Made by a program: the position numbers and the translations under genes. A stretch of 64,000 bases of DNA from Malacoraja senta. Taxonomy: Eukaryota. Under the pieces are notes generated by a model. It was given only the letters and a program-made list of their open reading frames with translations, did not search any database and was not told the DNA's origin. Below are positions 22,626 through 36,422 of this stretch, in pieces. The stretch's first letter is position 1; every line of letters begins with the position of its first letter. The DNA lies in assembly GCA_038087875.1 (NCBI GenBank), contig CM075997.1, forward strand, positions 6,636,001 through 6,700,000. Reading direction: 5' to 3'.

Positions 22626-24118
22626 AGCTGGCGGTACGATGGCGACTGACAGCGGGCGCTGGACGCTGGTCGTTCTCCTCCGCCGGGATCATAGACTCCG
22701 CTTTCCGTTTGGCGACATTGGCGACATCTGCGAGTCCGCGCCGGGCTGGGCTGGGCCTGGCCGCGCAGGGCCGGCCGCTTCCGTTCCCTCCGAAACTGTG
22801 TCCGGTTGGACACCTCCGCCGGCTATCCAGCGCCTCCAGTAAAGACGCGAGGGCGGACCATCAGGACTTTCTGAAATCATTTGATAAGCTCCCACATAGG
22901 AGATTAGTGATCAAAATTAGAGCACATGATATTGGGGTCGATTGCTGACATGGATAGAAAAGTGGTTGGCAGACAGGAAACAAAGAGTAGGGGTTAACGG
23001 CTCCCTTTCAGAATGGCAGGAGTTGAGGTACTGCAAGGCTCGGTGCTGGGACCGCAGCTATTTACAGATTTAGATGAAGGGATTCAAAGTAATATTAGCA
23101 CATTTGCAGATGACACCAAGCAGGTTGGCAGTGTGAACTTTGAGGAGGATGCTTTGAGAATGCAGGGTGACTTGGACAGGTTGGGTGAGTGGGCAGATGC
23201 ATGGCAGATGCAGTTTAATGTGGATAAATGTGAGGTTATCCACTTTGGTAGCAAAATCAGGAAGGCAGATTATTATCTATATGGTGTCATGTTGGGAAAA
23301 GGGGAAGTACAACGGGATCGGGGGTCCTCGTTCATCAGTCAATGAAAGCAAGCATGCAGGTACAGAAGGCAGTGAAACAAGCGAATGGCATATTGGCCTT
23401 CATAACAAGAGAAGTTGAGTTTTGGAGCAAAGAGGTCCATCTGCAGTTGTACGGGTCTCTAGTGAGACCACACCTGGAGTATTGTGTGTAATTTTGGTCC
23501 CCTAATTTGGGGAATGATATCCTTGTTATTGAGCGAGTGCATAGTAGATGGCGGGACTGTCATATGCTGAGAGAATGGAGCGGCTGGGCTTGTATACTAT
23601 GGAATTTAAAGGGATGAGAGGGCATCTTATTGAAACATAGTTAAGGGTTTGTTAAGGGTTTGGACACGCTAGAGGCAGTAAACATGTTCCCGATGTTGGG
23701 GGAATCCAGAATCAGGGGCACAGTTTAAGAATAAGGGGAAAGCTGTTTCGAACCCAGATGAGGAAACACCTTTGCACACTGAGAGTTGTGAGTCTGAGGA
23801 ATTCTCAGCCCCAGAGGACGGTGGAGGCCGGTTCTCTTCAAGAGAGAGCTAGATATGGCTGTTAAAGTTTGCGGAGTCAAGGAATATGGGGAGAAGGTAG
23901 GAACAGGGTACTGATTGGAGATGATCAGCCATGATCACATTGAATGGCGGTGCTGGCTCGAAGGGCCGAATGGCCTACTCCAGCATCTATTGTCTATTTT
24001 CTATTGTCTATAGACCGTCCCGGCGAGTGACAGGAGGAGAGTGACTGGCAAGAGCGGAGAAAGATCTGCGCACGCGCGGTTTTTAAGATTTTGAAACCTC
24101 GTTACCTTTTACATTATA
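21897..24118 (+). repeat. Direct duplicate (about 2.2 kb) of 18438-20661, including CR1 fragment 22864-24013
   Basis: Collinear alignment through the G-rich tract, CpG-rich block, CR1 and downstream flank, ending at ACATTATA. Confidence 0.93.
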
Positions 24119-24271
24119 GTACCGATCGGAACGAAACTTGGAGCACATGCAGCACAAGAGAACGGTAAGTGAAACGATGAAAAATCGCAGCGCTATCCCG
24201 TACCGTTCTGTGCACCAATAAACAGACAGAGCAAACCGAAAATCACAAGATCAGTTTTAGTTCTGTATGGA

Positions 24272-24455
<184 letters not shown>

Positions 24456-24772
24456 GTAGAATTATGCCACTCAGCCGATCAAGTCTATGCAAATATATCA
24501 TGGCCGATCTATCTCTCCACCCTAACCCCATTATCTTGTCTTCTCCCATAACCTATGACACCCTTACTTTTTTTTTTTTTTTTGAAAATATTTTTTATTG
24601 GAGATAAGTACATAACCTATTAACATCATTACAGTCTTACATTTTTAAATTGATAATATTATCAATTATTATTACATTGTCTCCAATACCTTTTGCCTTT
24701 TTTAAATTTTAAACTAGATAGAACTATAAAGATAGATGAAGTAAAGAAAGAAAAGAGAGAGAAGAAAAAGAG

Positions 24773-24808
<36 letters not shown>

Positions 24809-24913
24809 GATAGTTAAAGAAGAATGGAAAAATTTATTAAAATAAAAAACTTCATTCGAGATATATTCGTACATTTCAGAATATAGCATTTCATCCATTC
24901 TTTAGCCCGAGCA

Positions 24914-27900
24914 TTAGTCAGGTTCCCGTGCTGAACCATTCTGACCCTTTAAATAATCAATAAAGGGAGACCATGTTCCAACGAATAATTCCTGTTTGTC
25001 CAACAGGGAAAATCTGATTCTTTCCACGTTTAAGGTCTCCGTCATTTCTATAATCCACATTTTGATTGTGGGGGCCGTAGGGCCTTTCCAAAATTTTAGA
25101 ATTAATTTTTTTCCTGTTATTATACTATAATCAATAAAGTTTCTTTGTGTTGTTGTAAATGTTTGATTTAATTCTGATGTTCCGAGTATTATAAATTTTG
25201 GATCCGGGTCCACTTGTGTGCTGGTCACTTTAGATATTATACTAAAAATATTTACCCAGAATTTTTAAATTTTTATACAGTTTGCAAACATATGAGATAA
25301 GATAGCTTCTAAATGTTGACATTTATCACATATAGGTGAGATATGTTGAAAGATTTTAAGTAATTTTGTTTTTGAATAATGTAACCTATGTATTACTTTA
25401 AATTGTATTAAAGAATGTCTGGCATTTAATGAACATTGATGTATATGTTGTAAACTTTCTTCCCAAGTATCTTTCGTTATTATTTGATTTAATTCTTTTT
25501 CCCATGTTTGTCTGTGTAAGTCCGTCGATGGAATGTCACTGTCTAATAAGATATTATATATATAAGATTTTAATTTTTCTGTATTAGGATGTTTATTCCA
25601 ACATTCGTCAAGAATTTCTGAATTTCTAATTCGAAAGTTTTGAGTATTCGATTTTACATAATCTCTGAGTTGAAAATATCTGAAATCATCATTTCCTCGA
25701 AGTCCATAAGTCTGTTGCAACTCCTGAAATGTCAGACAAGTGCCTTCCTTCTAAAGTTGTCCCATATTTTTAATTCCATAATTCTTCCATTGTGTAAAAC
25801 CCCTGTCCAACCATGAGGGTTTAAACAAAGGGTTATTCACAATTGGGAGAAAAAGTGATAAATTATCTAATTTTAATGTCTTTTTTAATTGTTTCCAAAT
25901 TCGTATGGCATTAAATATTATAGGGTTTTCCCTATAAATTTTTTTGTTTAATTTATATGTAGCAAATAATATCGAACCGATATCAAAAGGCAAACAATCT
26001 TCCTTTTCCATTTTTAACCAATCTGGTTGTTGATCTATTTCTTCCAACCAGAAATTCATATTTTTAATATTAACTGCCCAAAAATAAAACAGAAAGTTGG
26101 GTAAAACGAAACCTCCATTTATTTTTGATTTACACAAATGTCTTTTGTTTATCCTATGATTCTTATAATCCCAGATAAAATCATTAACAATAGAGTCCAA
26201 TTTAAAAAAAAAGTTTTTTGACAAATATATCGGAATTGTCTGAAAAAGGTATAATATTTGCGGTAAAAAAATCATTTTTATGGCATTATTTTGCCAATCA
26301 TTGAGATAGGAAGTGTTTTCCAGTATTGAATATTCTTATGTAGTTTATTCAGTAATGGGGGAAAATGTGCTTTAAATAATGATGTATATATCTTAGTTAC
26401 ATAGATACCTAGGTATTTAAATTTTTCATTTACTATTTTAAATGGAAATTGTTGTGTTATGTGTTTGTTATGTTCCCTTATTGGCATAATTTCCCTTTTA
26501 TTCCAATTTATTCTGTAATCTGAGAGTGAACCAAATTGGGTTATTAGCTCTAATAAGTTTGGAATACTAATTTCTGGTTTTGTAATGTAAATTAGTACAT
26601 CATCTGCGTATAGAGAAATTTTATTCACTGTGTCCTTTGTGATATACCCATATATTTCCGGATGACCCCTAACTCTTTCTGCAAGTGGCTCAATAGCAAG
26701 CGCAAATAATAATGGAGATAACGGGCATCCTTGTCTACAACCTCTAGATAGGCTGAATTTTGATGACAATCTTTGATTTGTTAATATTCTAGCCGTAGGA
26801 TTTGTATATAACAGTTTTATCCATGTACAGAATTTCTCCCCTAGTTGCCTATTTTCCATCACCGAAAATAAATAAGACCATTCAACCTGGTCAAATGCTT
26901 TTTCAGCATCGAGTGAGATTATTGCTAGATCTTCATTAATAATTCTCTTAGAATAAATAATATTAAATAATCTTCTTAGATTATAATATGAGTACCGTTT
27001 CTGAATAAAGCCTGTTTGGTCAGGGTGTATTATTTTATTCATCACTGTACTTAATCTATGCGCTAGTATTTTAGTTAATATTTTCTGATCTGTATTTAAA
27101 AGTGCAATTGCTCTATATGATCCCGGATCTTCCGGATCTTTATCAGCTTTAGGAATAAGTGTTATTATAGATTCATTTAAAGTATCTGGGAGTTTCTGTT
27201 GAGTATAGATATGCTCATACAGCCTTTGTAAACGTGGGCAGAGCAAGTCATAGAATCTTTTACAAAATTCAGAGCCTAAACCATCTGGTCCTACTGCTTT
27301 ACCATTTTTTAAAGAGCCAATAGACTCCTCAATATCCTTTATCGTAATCTCCCTTTCTAATAATTCTCTATCACTTGAATCTAAACCTTTTAAATTACAT
27401 TTTAGTAAACAATCTGCTATTCCTTCCGTTTGTTTTACAGTTTTAGTTGAATAAAGGTTATGATAGTATTGGAGAAATCTTTCATTTATGTCCTTGGGCA
27501 TTTTTAATAATTCTCCTGTCTCTGTTCTAATTTTATGAATTATTTTTTCCCCTTCCATTTTTCGTAACTGACGTGCTAATAGTTTTTGTGGTTTGTCTCC
27601 AAATTCAAAATGTAATTGTTTGGTTTTTTGATAAAGTTTTATTACTTGTTCTGAATACATTTTATTTAATTTATATTTCAATACAGCAATTTTATTATGT
27701 TTTGAAATAGATGGCATTCTCGCATTGTCTATATCTAGTTGCTTGATTTCCCTTTCCAATGTTTGTTGTTTAATCCTGTTGTCTTTATTATAAAATACTT
27801 GAGCAGAAATTAATGCACCTCGAACAAACGCTTTAAACGTTTCCCACATAAGAGAAGTAGGTGTGTCAGGGTTATCATTTTTCTCAAAAAATATTTGAAT

Positions 27901-28728
27901 CTGTTTAATAATATATTCCTGGCATGATCTTTCGTTCAAAATTTGTGGGTTAAATCTCCAATATGTTTGTTTCTCGGACATTCCATTTAATTTAATCATA
28001 AATGTTACAGGTGCGTGTTCTGAGATTATAATATTATGGTATTTTGAGTTATAAGTAAATGGGATAAACGTGGAGTCAACTAAAAAATAATCTATTCTTG
28101 AGTATGTTTTGTGTACTGGAGAGTAAAATGAATATTCCCGTCCAGTTGGATTTTCTATTCTCCAGACATCCTTAATATTAGTGGTATTAATAAATGAATT
28201 TAGAAATACACTTGATTGAGATTTTCCTTTTTTTGGCCTTGATGATCTATCTAAGTATGAATCTAATGTACAGTTGAAGTCTCCTCCAATTATTAATTTA
28301 TATTGTGTAAATTCAGGAATTTTATTAAATGTTTTATTAAAGAACATAGGGTTATCAAAATTAGGCCCATATACATTCAGAAGAATCACTTTTTCTCTAT
28401 TTAGCTCTCCAACTAATATAATATATCTACCATCAATATCCGCTATTGTTGATGAATTCGTAAAAGGTATTCCTTTACGAATTAATATTGCAACTCCTCT
28501 GGACTTATGGGAAAAGGAGGAATGATATGATTCAGCGATCCACTTAGCTTTAAGTCTGTGTTGAGATTCCTTTTTAAGGTGTGTTTCTTGAAGGAATATA
28601 ATATCTGTTTTGATTAAATTTAGATGTGCCAAGACTTTACCTCTCTTAATTGGTTCATTGATTCCCTTGACATTCCAACTACAAAATGTTATTCCCTGAC
28701 CCCCTCTTGTCATATTAACATCTTGCAT
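24914..28728 (-). pseudogene. L1 ORF2 (APE endonuclease, RT, Cys-rich C-terminus), disrupted in the C-terminal third
   Basis: SWNVKG, QETH, GGDFN, SRIDY, DAEKAFD, RQGCPLSP, YADD and CDKC..H..C motifs. Breaks near 26277, 25751 and 25265. Confidence 0.95.
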
Positions 28729-29619
28729 ATTGTTTCTAAGGTGGTCTATAACCGAGCAGAAGGTGCAACACATAAAACCTGACCCTGCTCCTGAACCTCA
28801 AATAGATGAATTTAAAATCATATACATCGTTCTTCCGAACACATCTCCTTGTATTATTCTTGTTTTTCCATTCAAACATTAAGTTATAAAAATATTTAAA
28901 GTGAAAAAAGTGATAGAATTGGTTAGTATAGGGTGAAAGAAAAAAAACTACATCTACAATTAGTGTAGTTAGTGATAGCCACACTAACGTGGCTAGAATT
29001 CTAAAGACTTCCGTACCCTTTGTAAAAAAAAAAAATCCCAGCTCCGTGCCGAAAAAAAGAAGATTATTTCTAACAATCAAATAATTTCTTTGGGAGTAAC
29101 AAACATATATACATACCCATACATACGTACACATATACATACATATATACACATACATATACATATATATATATATACCCACATGCATACATATATAAGC
29201 ACGCATCCCTGCAGAAGAGTCCGAGAACAGCATAAATTCATAATGTTATTATTCTCTACATATCATATTAATATCCTCGCTAAATCTATAAATTTAATTT
29301 TAAATTGAAAAATAATTAGTTATTAATCATTGTTATCAATCACACCCAGTATTAATTTTTTATGAGTAATATAAATGTTAATAATTTTAGTAGTAATATA
29401 GATATTTAACAAGTATTAGTTATTACATATATAGTTGGATATGAATATACAGATAATAATAGTGATTAATAAAAATAAAAATAAAAAAAAAAAAACACGG
29501 TTTTCTCCAATGTCCACCGTCCATTCGGTTGTCAAATGTCCTTAAAGCTCTTAAAAGAACTTTAAAGATCCTTTTAGACTGGCGGTCCCGTTAATCCTTG
29601 ACTCCTGAGGGGTAATGTA

Positions 29620-30672
29620 AATTCTTCAGTCTGCGGTCACATTCCCGATTTCTTTGGCGAATTCCAGTGCTTTTTCATGGTCTGTAAAAAATTGCTCCTT
29701 GTTCTTGTAGGTGACTCTTAGTCTTGTGGGGTAGAGCAGGCCGTATCTCAAATCAGGTACATTCTTCAGTATTCTTTTTGTCTCAGTGAACAGCGCCCTT
29801 TTCTTGAAGACCTCTGCCGGATAATCTCAGTAGATACTGAACCTCGCACCTTCAAAATGGAGCTGTCCGCTTCGGACGATTTTCTTCATTATATCGTCAA
29901 ATTCATGATCCAGTTGCACCTTTACGATAATTTGTCTTGGATGGGCATCATCTTGTGTACGACGCCGCTGCGCTCTGTGAGCTCGACCGAGTGAAGGTTT
30001 TTGATCCAATTTTAAGGCTTTTTGTAGTAGGTCTGCCACAAAATCCCGAGGGCCCATTTCCCTCTCACTTCCTTCTTTCACCCCTACAATTCTTAGATTC
30101 TTACGTCTTTGACGCCCCTCCAAATCGGTACATTTATCACTTAATTTGATTACCATACCGGTGAGGCGTTGGTTTTCAATAATGAGTCGACCTACAGTTT
30201 CCTCACTTGTCGCCGCCCATTTCTCAAGTTCGGTTATCGCTTTTCTATGTTGTTCGAGTGCTTGATGAATGGGGTCCACCTCCATTTTAACGTTCGCTTC
30301 CACCGAAACGAGCCTGGCTTCCAGCACTTCCATCTGTTCCTTGACCTCCTCCTCCCTCGACCTCTTCCAGACTTCCAGTATTTCTTGAACGGTAGAAAGC
30401 ATTTCTGCTTTAAAATCTACCTTAAAAGAGTTAAGTTCCTCTTTAAAATTATCTCCAAAGGTTTTCAATTCAGCAGCGAGAAAAGCTTTAAGATCATCCA
30501 TTTCAGTATTTTTCTGCTTTGTTTTCTTCGGAGGGTCTTCCTGGGCAGTCATTGTAACTGAGGCCGAGGCCTCAGTTGGGCCTTCCTCTTCCACCGGTGG
30601 GGGTTTCCCTTTAGCGGTTTTTTTTTGTGTCCCACGGGAGGGGGGGGAATGTTGTAACGACATACCGTCCAA
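29620..30672 (-). pseudogene. L1 ORF1 (coiled coil + RRM), with an early stop at 29827
   Basis: DLEGRQRRKNLRIVGVKEG and RAHR motifs. RYGLLYPTRLRVTY continues past the stop. Confidence 0.9.
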
Positions 30673-30836
30673 GTCGCGCTCCTGATGACGTCACGCGGCA
30701 GGTAGCCGTTCAGATCGCGATCGCTGCAGGTAAGACCCGATTTTCTCCCGTTTTCAGTTTTCTTCGGCACGGAGCTAGTTGGCGCTGGACTCAAGCCTCC
30801 ATAGCGCCACCGGAAGTCTACTATGACACCCTTACT

Positions 30837-33130
30837 AATCAATAATCTATTCTCCTATCTCTGCTTTAAAAATAGCAACTGACTTTCCCTCCACATCCTT
30901 CCTTCCTTCCTTCCTTCCCCTCCACAAACCCCCTGACTATATAAATTATTTCTCACCTCTTCATAAAAGAACGTACTTTAATGCTGAGGCAATGACCTCT
31001 AGTCCTAGACTCTCACACTAATGGAACCATCCTCTCAACATCCACTCTATTCGACTCAAGTCGTTCATTATTCTGTATGTTGCAATGAGACCCCGTCCCC
31101 CCATTCTTCTAAACCACAGCGATTCTAGCCCTTGTGCCGTCAAACACTCATCGTATGTTAACCTACTCATTCCTGGGATCATTCTTGTAAACCTCCTCTG
31201 AACCTCCTCTAGAGCCTCAGCATTGCATTCAATTTTTGTATGTAAGCCCTCTCGAAATAAATGCTACAATTGCGTTTCTTTACTATTGATTCCACATGCA
31301 GATTTACTGTTTGGTAATCCTGCACCACACTCCCAAGTCCCTTTGCTCCTCCGATTTCTGGATTTACTCCATTAAGAAAATAATCTATGCCTTTATTCTT
31401 ACTACCATAATGCACAATTCCACACTTTACGACATTATATACAATCTGCCTCTTCTTTGCCCACCCCCCCACACTATTCAACCCTTCTGCAGAGTCCATT
31501 CTTTCTCTACTCTACCTGCCCCTCCACCTATTTTCGCATCCTCCGTAAACTTGGCCACACAGGCTTTAATGCCCTCCTCCAAATCAATAATATACAACGT
31601 TAAGAACAGCGGCCCCCACACCGAGCCCTGCGGGACTCCACTTGTCACTGTCAGTCAACCCGAAAAGCCCCCTTTATTGCCACTCTTTGCCTTCTGCATT
31701 CCAGCCAATCTGATATCCATGATGGTATCTGCCCTTTGTTACCATGGGCTCTCATTTTCCATAGTAGCCTCCCATATGGCACCTTATCAAAGGCTTCATG
31801 AAAATATAGGTATACAACATCTATTGACCCTCCTTTGTCTGTCCTGTTATTTACTTCTTCAACGAATTCCCGCAAATTTGTCAGCCAAGACATCCCCTTC
31901 ACAAAGCCATGATTTCAGTCAATTTCATCGTGAGCTTCTAAGTACATAGATACATAGATACATAGATGCATAGATACATTGATACATAGACAATATGTTC
32001 AGGAGTAGGCCATTCGGCCCTTCGATCCAGCACTGCCATTCAATATGATCATGGCTGATCATCCACAATAAGTACCCCGTTTCTGCCTTCTCCCCATATC
32101 CCTTAACTCCGCTATCATTAAGAGCTCTATCCAATTCTCTCTTTCGCTATCTTGAAGAACTCTATCTAACTCTCTTAAGTACTCCGTAACTTAATATTTT
32201 ACAATAGAGTCTAAAATCCTACCAACCACCGAAGTCAGACTAATCAGTCGAATGGTCCCATTATTCTGCTTTGCTTGCTTCTTCTGCAGTGGAGTAATAT
32301 TCGTAATTTTCCAAGCATCTGGAACCGTTCCTGGCTACTTTGAGTCTTGAAATATCACTATCAATGCTTCCACAATCACGAAAGCCACCTCTTTCATCAG
32401 GTTACCATGACGAACCTTATCAAGTGTCATGTAGAAGTCCATGTAGACATCGACCACGGCTTTGTCCTCATCAAACCTTTTAGTTACTTCCTCAAAAAAC
32501 TCAATCGGATTCGTGTAGCACTGTCTCCCACCTGAAAAACCGTGCTAAATATCCTTAATCAGACCTGTCATCCAAATGCATACGTTTCTTATCCCTCAGA
32601 ATACTCTCCAGTAACTTGTGCGCCACAGATGGCACAATGTTCCACAGTTTCCAGACTATTCCTGCACCCCTTCTTAGAGTCAGACATTTATCGAGTGATA
32701 CAGTGTGGAAACACAGCCTGGAACTCTGACCTTCTAGTCCTGGCAATATTCTCGTAAAACCTATCTGCACCCTTTCCATCTTGACAACATCTTTTCCGTA
32801 ACAAGGTGGCCAGAACAGAACACAATACTCTAAATGCGGCCTCACCAACATCTTATACATGTGCAATATGACCTCCCAACTTCTATACTCAATACAGGCT
32901 GATGAAGGCAAATGCGCCAAAAGCCTTTTTGACCACCAGCCACTCTACCTTCAAGGAACTATGAACTTACGCTCCTAGATCCCTCTGCTCTACAACACTA
33001 CCCAGTGTCCTACTGTCTAGTTCCTGCCATGTTAGTCTTCCCAAAGTGCAACACCTCATATTTCTCTGCATAAAATTACATCAAGTATCTCACAATCCAA
33101 TCGATCAAGATACTGCTGCAATGTAGCAGC
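30837..33130 (-). mobile_element. Stack of decayed CR1 fragments, including a short CR1 3' end with (TACATAGA)n tail at 31943-32180
   Basis: CLTNL-like, AFDKVP and LVRPHLEYCV motifs in ORFs 31651-31902 and 32555-32920. Confidence 0.85.
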
Positions 33131-33435
33131 ATTCCTAAATGGAGGCATAAGATTCTCGCAACATTCCTGTCTTCCGGCACCCCACCCGTATCTAAAGATG
33201 ATTCGGACAAAGCGCAATATCAGCCCAGGATGTTGGTCCTTGTTGGTCACATATGCTAGAAATTCGTCAATAACCTTCTCAACATTTCTACGCAAGTACC
33301 TCTCCAAACCTCTCCAGGTATCTTAATTCTATCCACCACGACAGCTTTATCTGACAACCCGTTGATTATATGTACAACATTATTTAAGAAAAAACACAGT
33401 TACGTACATGGATACACCTATACAAGGTGTATCCA

Positions 33436-33660
33436 TTCCTTCCTTCCTTCCTCCCTCCCTCCCTCCCTCCCTCCCTCCCTCCCTCCCTCCCTCCCTCCCT
33501 CCCTCCCTTCCTTCCTTCCTTCCTTCCTTCCTTCCTTCCTCTCCCTTCCCTTCCCTTCCCTTCCCTTCCCTTCCCTTCCCTTCCCTTCCCTTCCCTTCCC
33601 TTCCCTTCCCTTCCCTTCCCTTCCCTTCCCTTCCCTTCCCTTCCCTTCCCTTCCTTCCTT
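33436..33660. repeat. Polypyrimidine compound microsatellite (CCTT/CCCT/CCCTT)n
   Basis: About 225 nt of C/T only. Confidence 0.98.
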
Positions 33661-34324
33661 AGTAAAATACACCTCTCATACCTTTACGAGTGTACATGTT
33701 ATGAAAGCGACATCGGTATTTTTCATTAATGGTATTTAAAACTTCAAAAATGCCACAATTATACAAAAATGTTCCCAATGTTGGGGGATTCCAGAACCAG
33801 GGCCACAGTCTAAGAATAAGGTGGAAGTCATTTAAAACTGAGATGAGAAAAAAACGTTTCCACCCAGAGTTGTGAATTTGTGGAATTCTCTGCCACAGAA
33901 GGCAGTAGGCCAATTCACAACATGAATTTGAAAGAGAGCTAGATAGAGCTCCAAGGGCTAGCAGAATCAAGTGATATGGGGGAACAGGCACGGGTTATTG
34001 ATTGTGGATGATCAGCCATGATCACAGTAAATGGCTTTGCTGATTCGAAGGGGAAAATGGTCTCCTCTTGCATCTATTTTCCATGTTTCAATGCTTCTAT
34101 GTTTCTATGTATGAATAAGTGATATAAGAAGGCAGGCATATGAGTGACTACGTTGTGACCAATGTGCCAATGGAATGCTCTGATATCCCTGTGGTGATTC
34201 TGCCTCTTTTAGTTTCTAGGACTGCCCAAAGATGTGGTTTTATTTTGGACAGGGCTGTGTTTGCCCGTGAAGAACTTTTAAAACCTCACACATTAAAGTA
34301 AAGTGCGGGAGGAACTCAGAGGGT

Positions 34325-34524
34325 NNNNNNNNNNNNNNNNNNNNNNNNNNNNNNNNNNNNNNNNNNNNNNNNNNNNNNNNNNNNNNNNNNNNNNNNNNNN
34401 NNNNNNNNNNNNNNNNNNNNNNNNNNNNNNNNNNNNNNNNNNNNNNNNNNNNNNNNNNNNNNNNNNNNNNNNNNNNNNNNNNNNNNNNNNNNNNNNNNNN
34501 NNNNNNNNNNNNNNNNNNNNNNNN
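34325..34524. other. Assembly gap (200 N)
   Basis: Run of N. Confidence 1.
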
Positions 34525-35349
34525 ATATTATGCGCAGCAAGTAGCCTCGTCAAATGAACCCATAAGCTTTAGCTTGGTAAACTAAGTTGAATGCTTGCCA
34601 GGAATGGGAGAGCTCACGCTGCCTGCAAGCCTTTCGGAAAGTTTTAGTGGTGTAACCCGTTAGTCGCCTGTCATGGTTTTTAATAAACTAAATATGTACT
34701 GTCTTCATTGATCCGTAATGCCACAATATATCTTATTCAAAATTGCAATCGCCCGTGAAGGACAGAGGAGATCCGTATCATACAGGCACCGGAAGTTTGC
34801 ATTCTGCGTGAAAGTGAACATATTCTACCACAGAAAATTGACCGTTCCGATCGAGCTCTCATTATCTGTTCGTTAAGAGCTTTGCAATTCTCACGTATGT
34901 GGGGCGGCAGAGCGTTTGAAATATTTCCCGGGTACTGATATTAATTCATTTTTTGTCAGGTCGTTTTATCTCGTAGAAAGGTATGAAGTGAAAGTTGCTT
35001 TAACTATATTTTCACACCACAGCCCTGATGATATTTTGCCTTCTTTATATTAAGGTACCATAGAACCATCAGGCATGCAGTCTTTTCTGCCCACCTATTC
35101 AATGCCGGTTAAGATGTTTATTTGATGTAGCTCATTTTAACTGTATGTGGTACATAAACTTCAAGCCATTGTGTCCGCCAGTACAGCTTCCTCCTGCAGA
35201 TCATTGAACGTACCCACCACGATCTGCGTGAACGTTACCCTTGGGCCAAGATTAGATATTTCTCGTCTCATCCTCTGTCCTTTTATTGTAGACTCCTTTA
35301 ATCTTGAATTTATATGGCCCTCGCGAATTGATAAACCCTATAATCGCTC

Positions 35350-36380
35350 CAAGGGAAAAAGGCATCGTGGGAGATCCTGTATTACGAACTTGATCTGCAA
35401 TTTTTTGAAGAATTAACCGAGACGGCTGACGTGTGCAACGACGTTGACATGGTCTATATGGACCTAACCAAGGCAGTTGATAAGGTTCTCCATGGCGGGC
35501 TGCTCTGGAACGTTAGGTCGCATGGGATGCAGAGAGAGCTCGTTAACTGGAGGGAGCATTGGGTTTATGGAAGGAAGGAGAGGATGATTTGTGGCGGATG
35601 TTTGAGTCTCGGACTGGAGACCTGTGACGACCAGTGCGCCTCAGGGATTGGTGGTGTGCCGTTTGCTGTTTGTGGTTTATATCAACGGTTAAGATGCGAA
35701 CATACAAGACATGGATAGTAAGTTTGTAGATCGCATGATAGTAGGTGATATTGTGGACACCTGAAAAGATTGTCAAATAAAAAAGAACAGCGGGAACCTC
35801 ATCAACTATGCAGCTAGGATGAGGATTGGCGGATAGAGTGTGATACAGAAAAGTGTGAGGTTTTGCACTTTGGAAAGACCAACCAGGGCAATTTCTTCAC
35901 ATTGAATGTGAAGAGTTGTTAAGCCGTGGAATCCAGAATTATTGGTGCGTATTCCATGAACGAAGCGTCATATGCAGATAGGTTGGAAAAGGAGGCCTTT
36001 TGTGCATTAACCTTCACTTGTCAGGTTATTGAGTATAGAAAAAAACAGTACAGTTTTTCATGCTTTTGTTGTGGCCGCATATTGATGATATTGTCCTGTT
36101 TTGGTCAATCTGCTTAAGGAAGAATACCATTAAGTTGGAAACAATGCAGAGAACATTTATAAGGACGTTGCCAGGACGCAAGGGCCTGAGATATAGGGAT
36201 AGGATGTGGAAGCTAAGATTGTATTCCTTGTAACGCATGGAGGTTAGTGGTGATATTATAGAACTTAAAATCATGAGTGTAAAAAAGGGTCAATATACAT
36301 CGTTTTAGCCCGGGGTAGTGGAATCAAGAACCAGAAAACATAGGATTCAGTTGAGATAGTAAACATTTAATAGAAATGTA
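35350..36380 (+). mobile_element. Old CR1 fragment (paralog at about 60610-61520)
   Basis: SCITNL and VDMVYMDLTKAVDKVLH motifs; many stops. Confidence 0.8.
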
Positions 36381-36422
36381 TAGGTTTTACTATAACTGAT
36401 CTTCCAGCATATCATTCAAACA

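Larger units (their letters stand above)
24569..30820 (-). mobile_element. Full-length L1-clade LINE (about 6.25 kb)
   Basis: 16-bp TSD CTATGACACCCTTACT at 24553-24568 and 30821-30836. Poly(A) preceded by AATAAA. 5' end GACTTCCGGTGGCG. ORF1 and ORF2 are separated by an AT-rich spacer of about 0.9 kb. Confidence 0.97.

Noticed and set aside
18400..22950. Many Pro/His-rich and Gly/Val-rich ORFs
   Set aside because: They come from G-rich low-complexity DNA that lacks stop codons and are open in several frames at once.
33362..33739. PSLP/FPSLP and GREGK repeat ORFs
   Set aside because: Translations of the polypyrimidine microsatellite.
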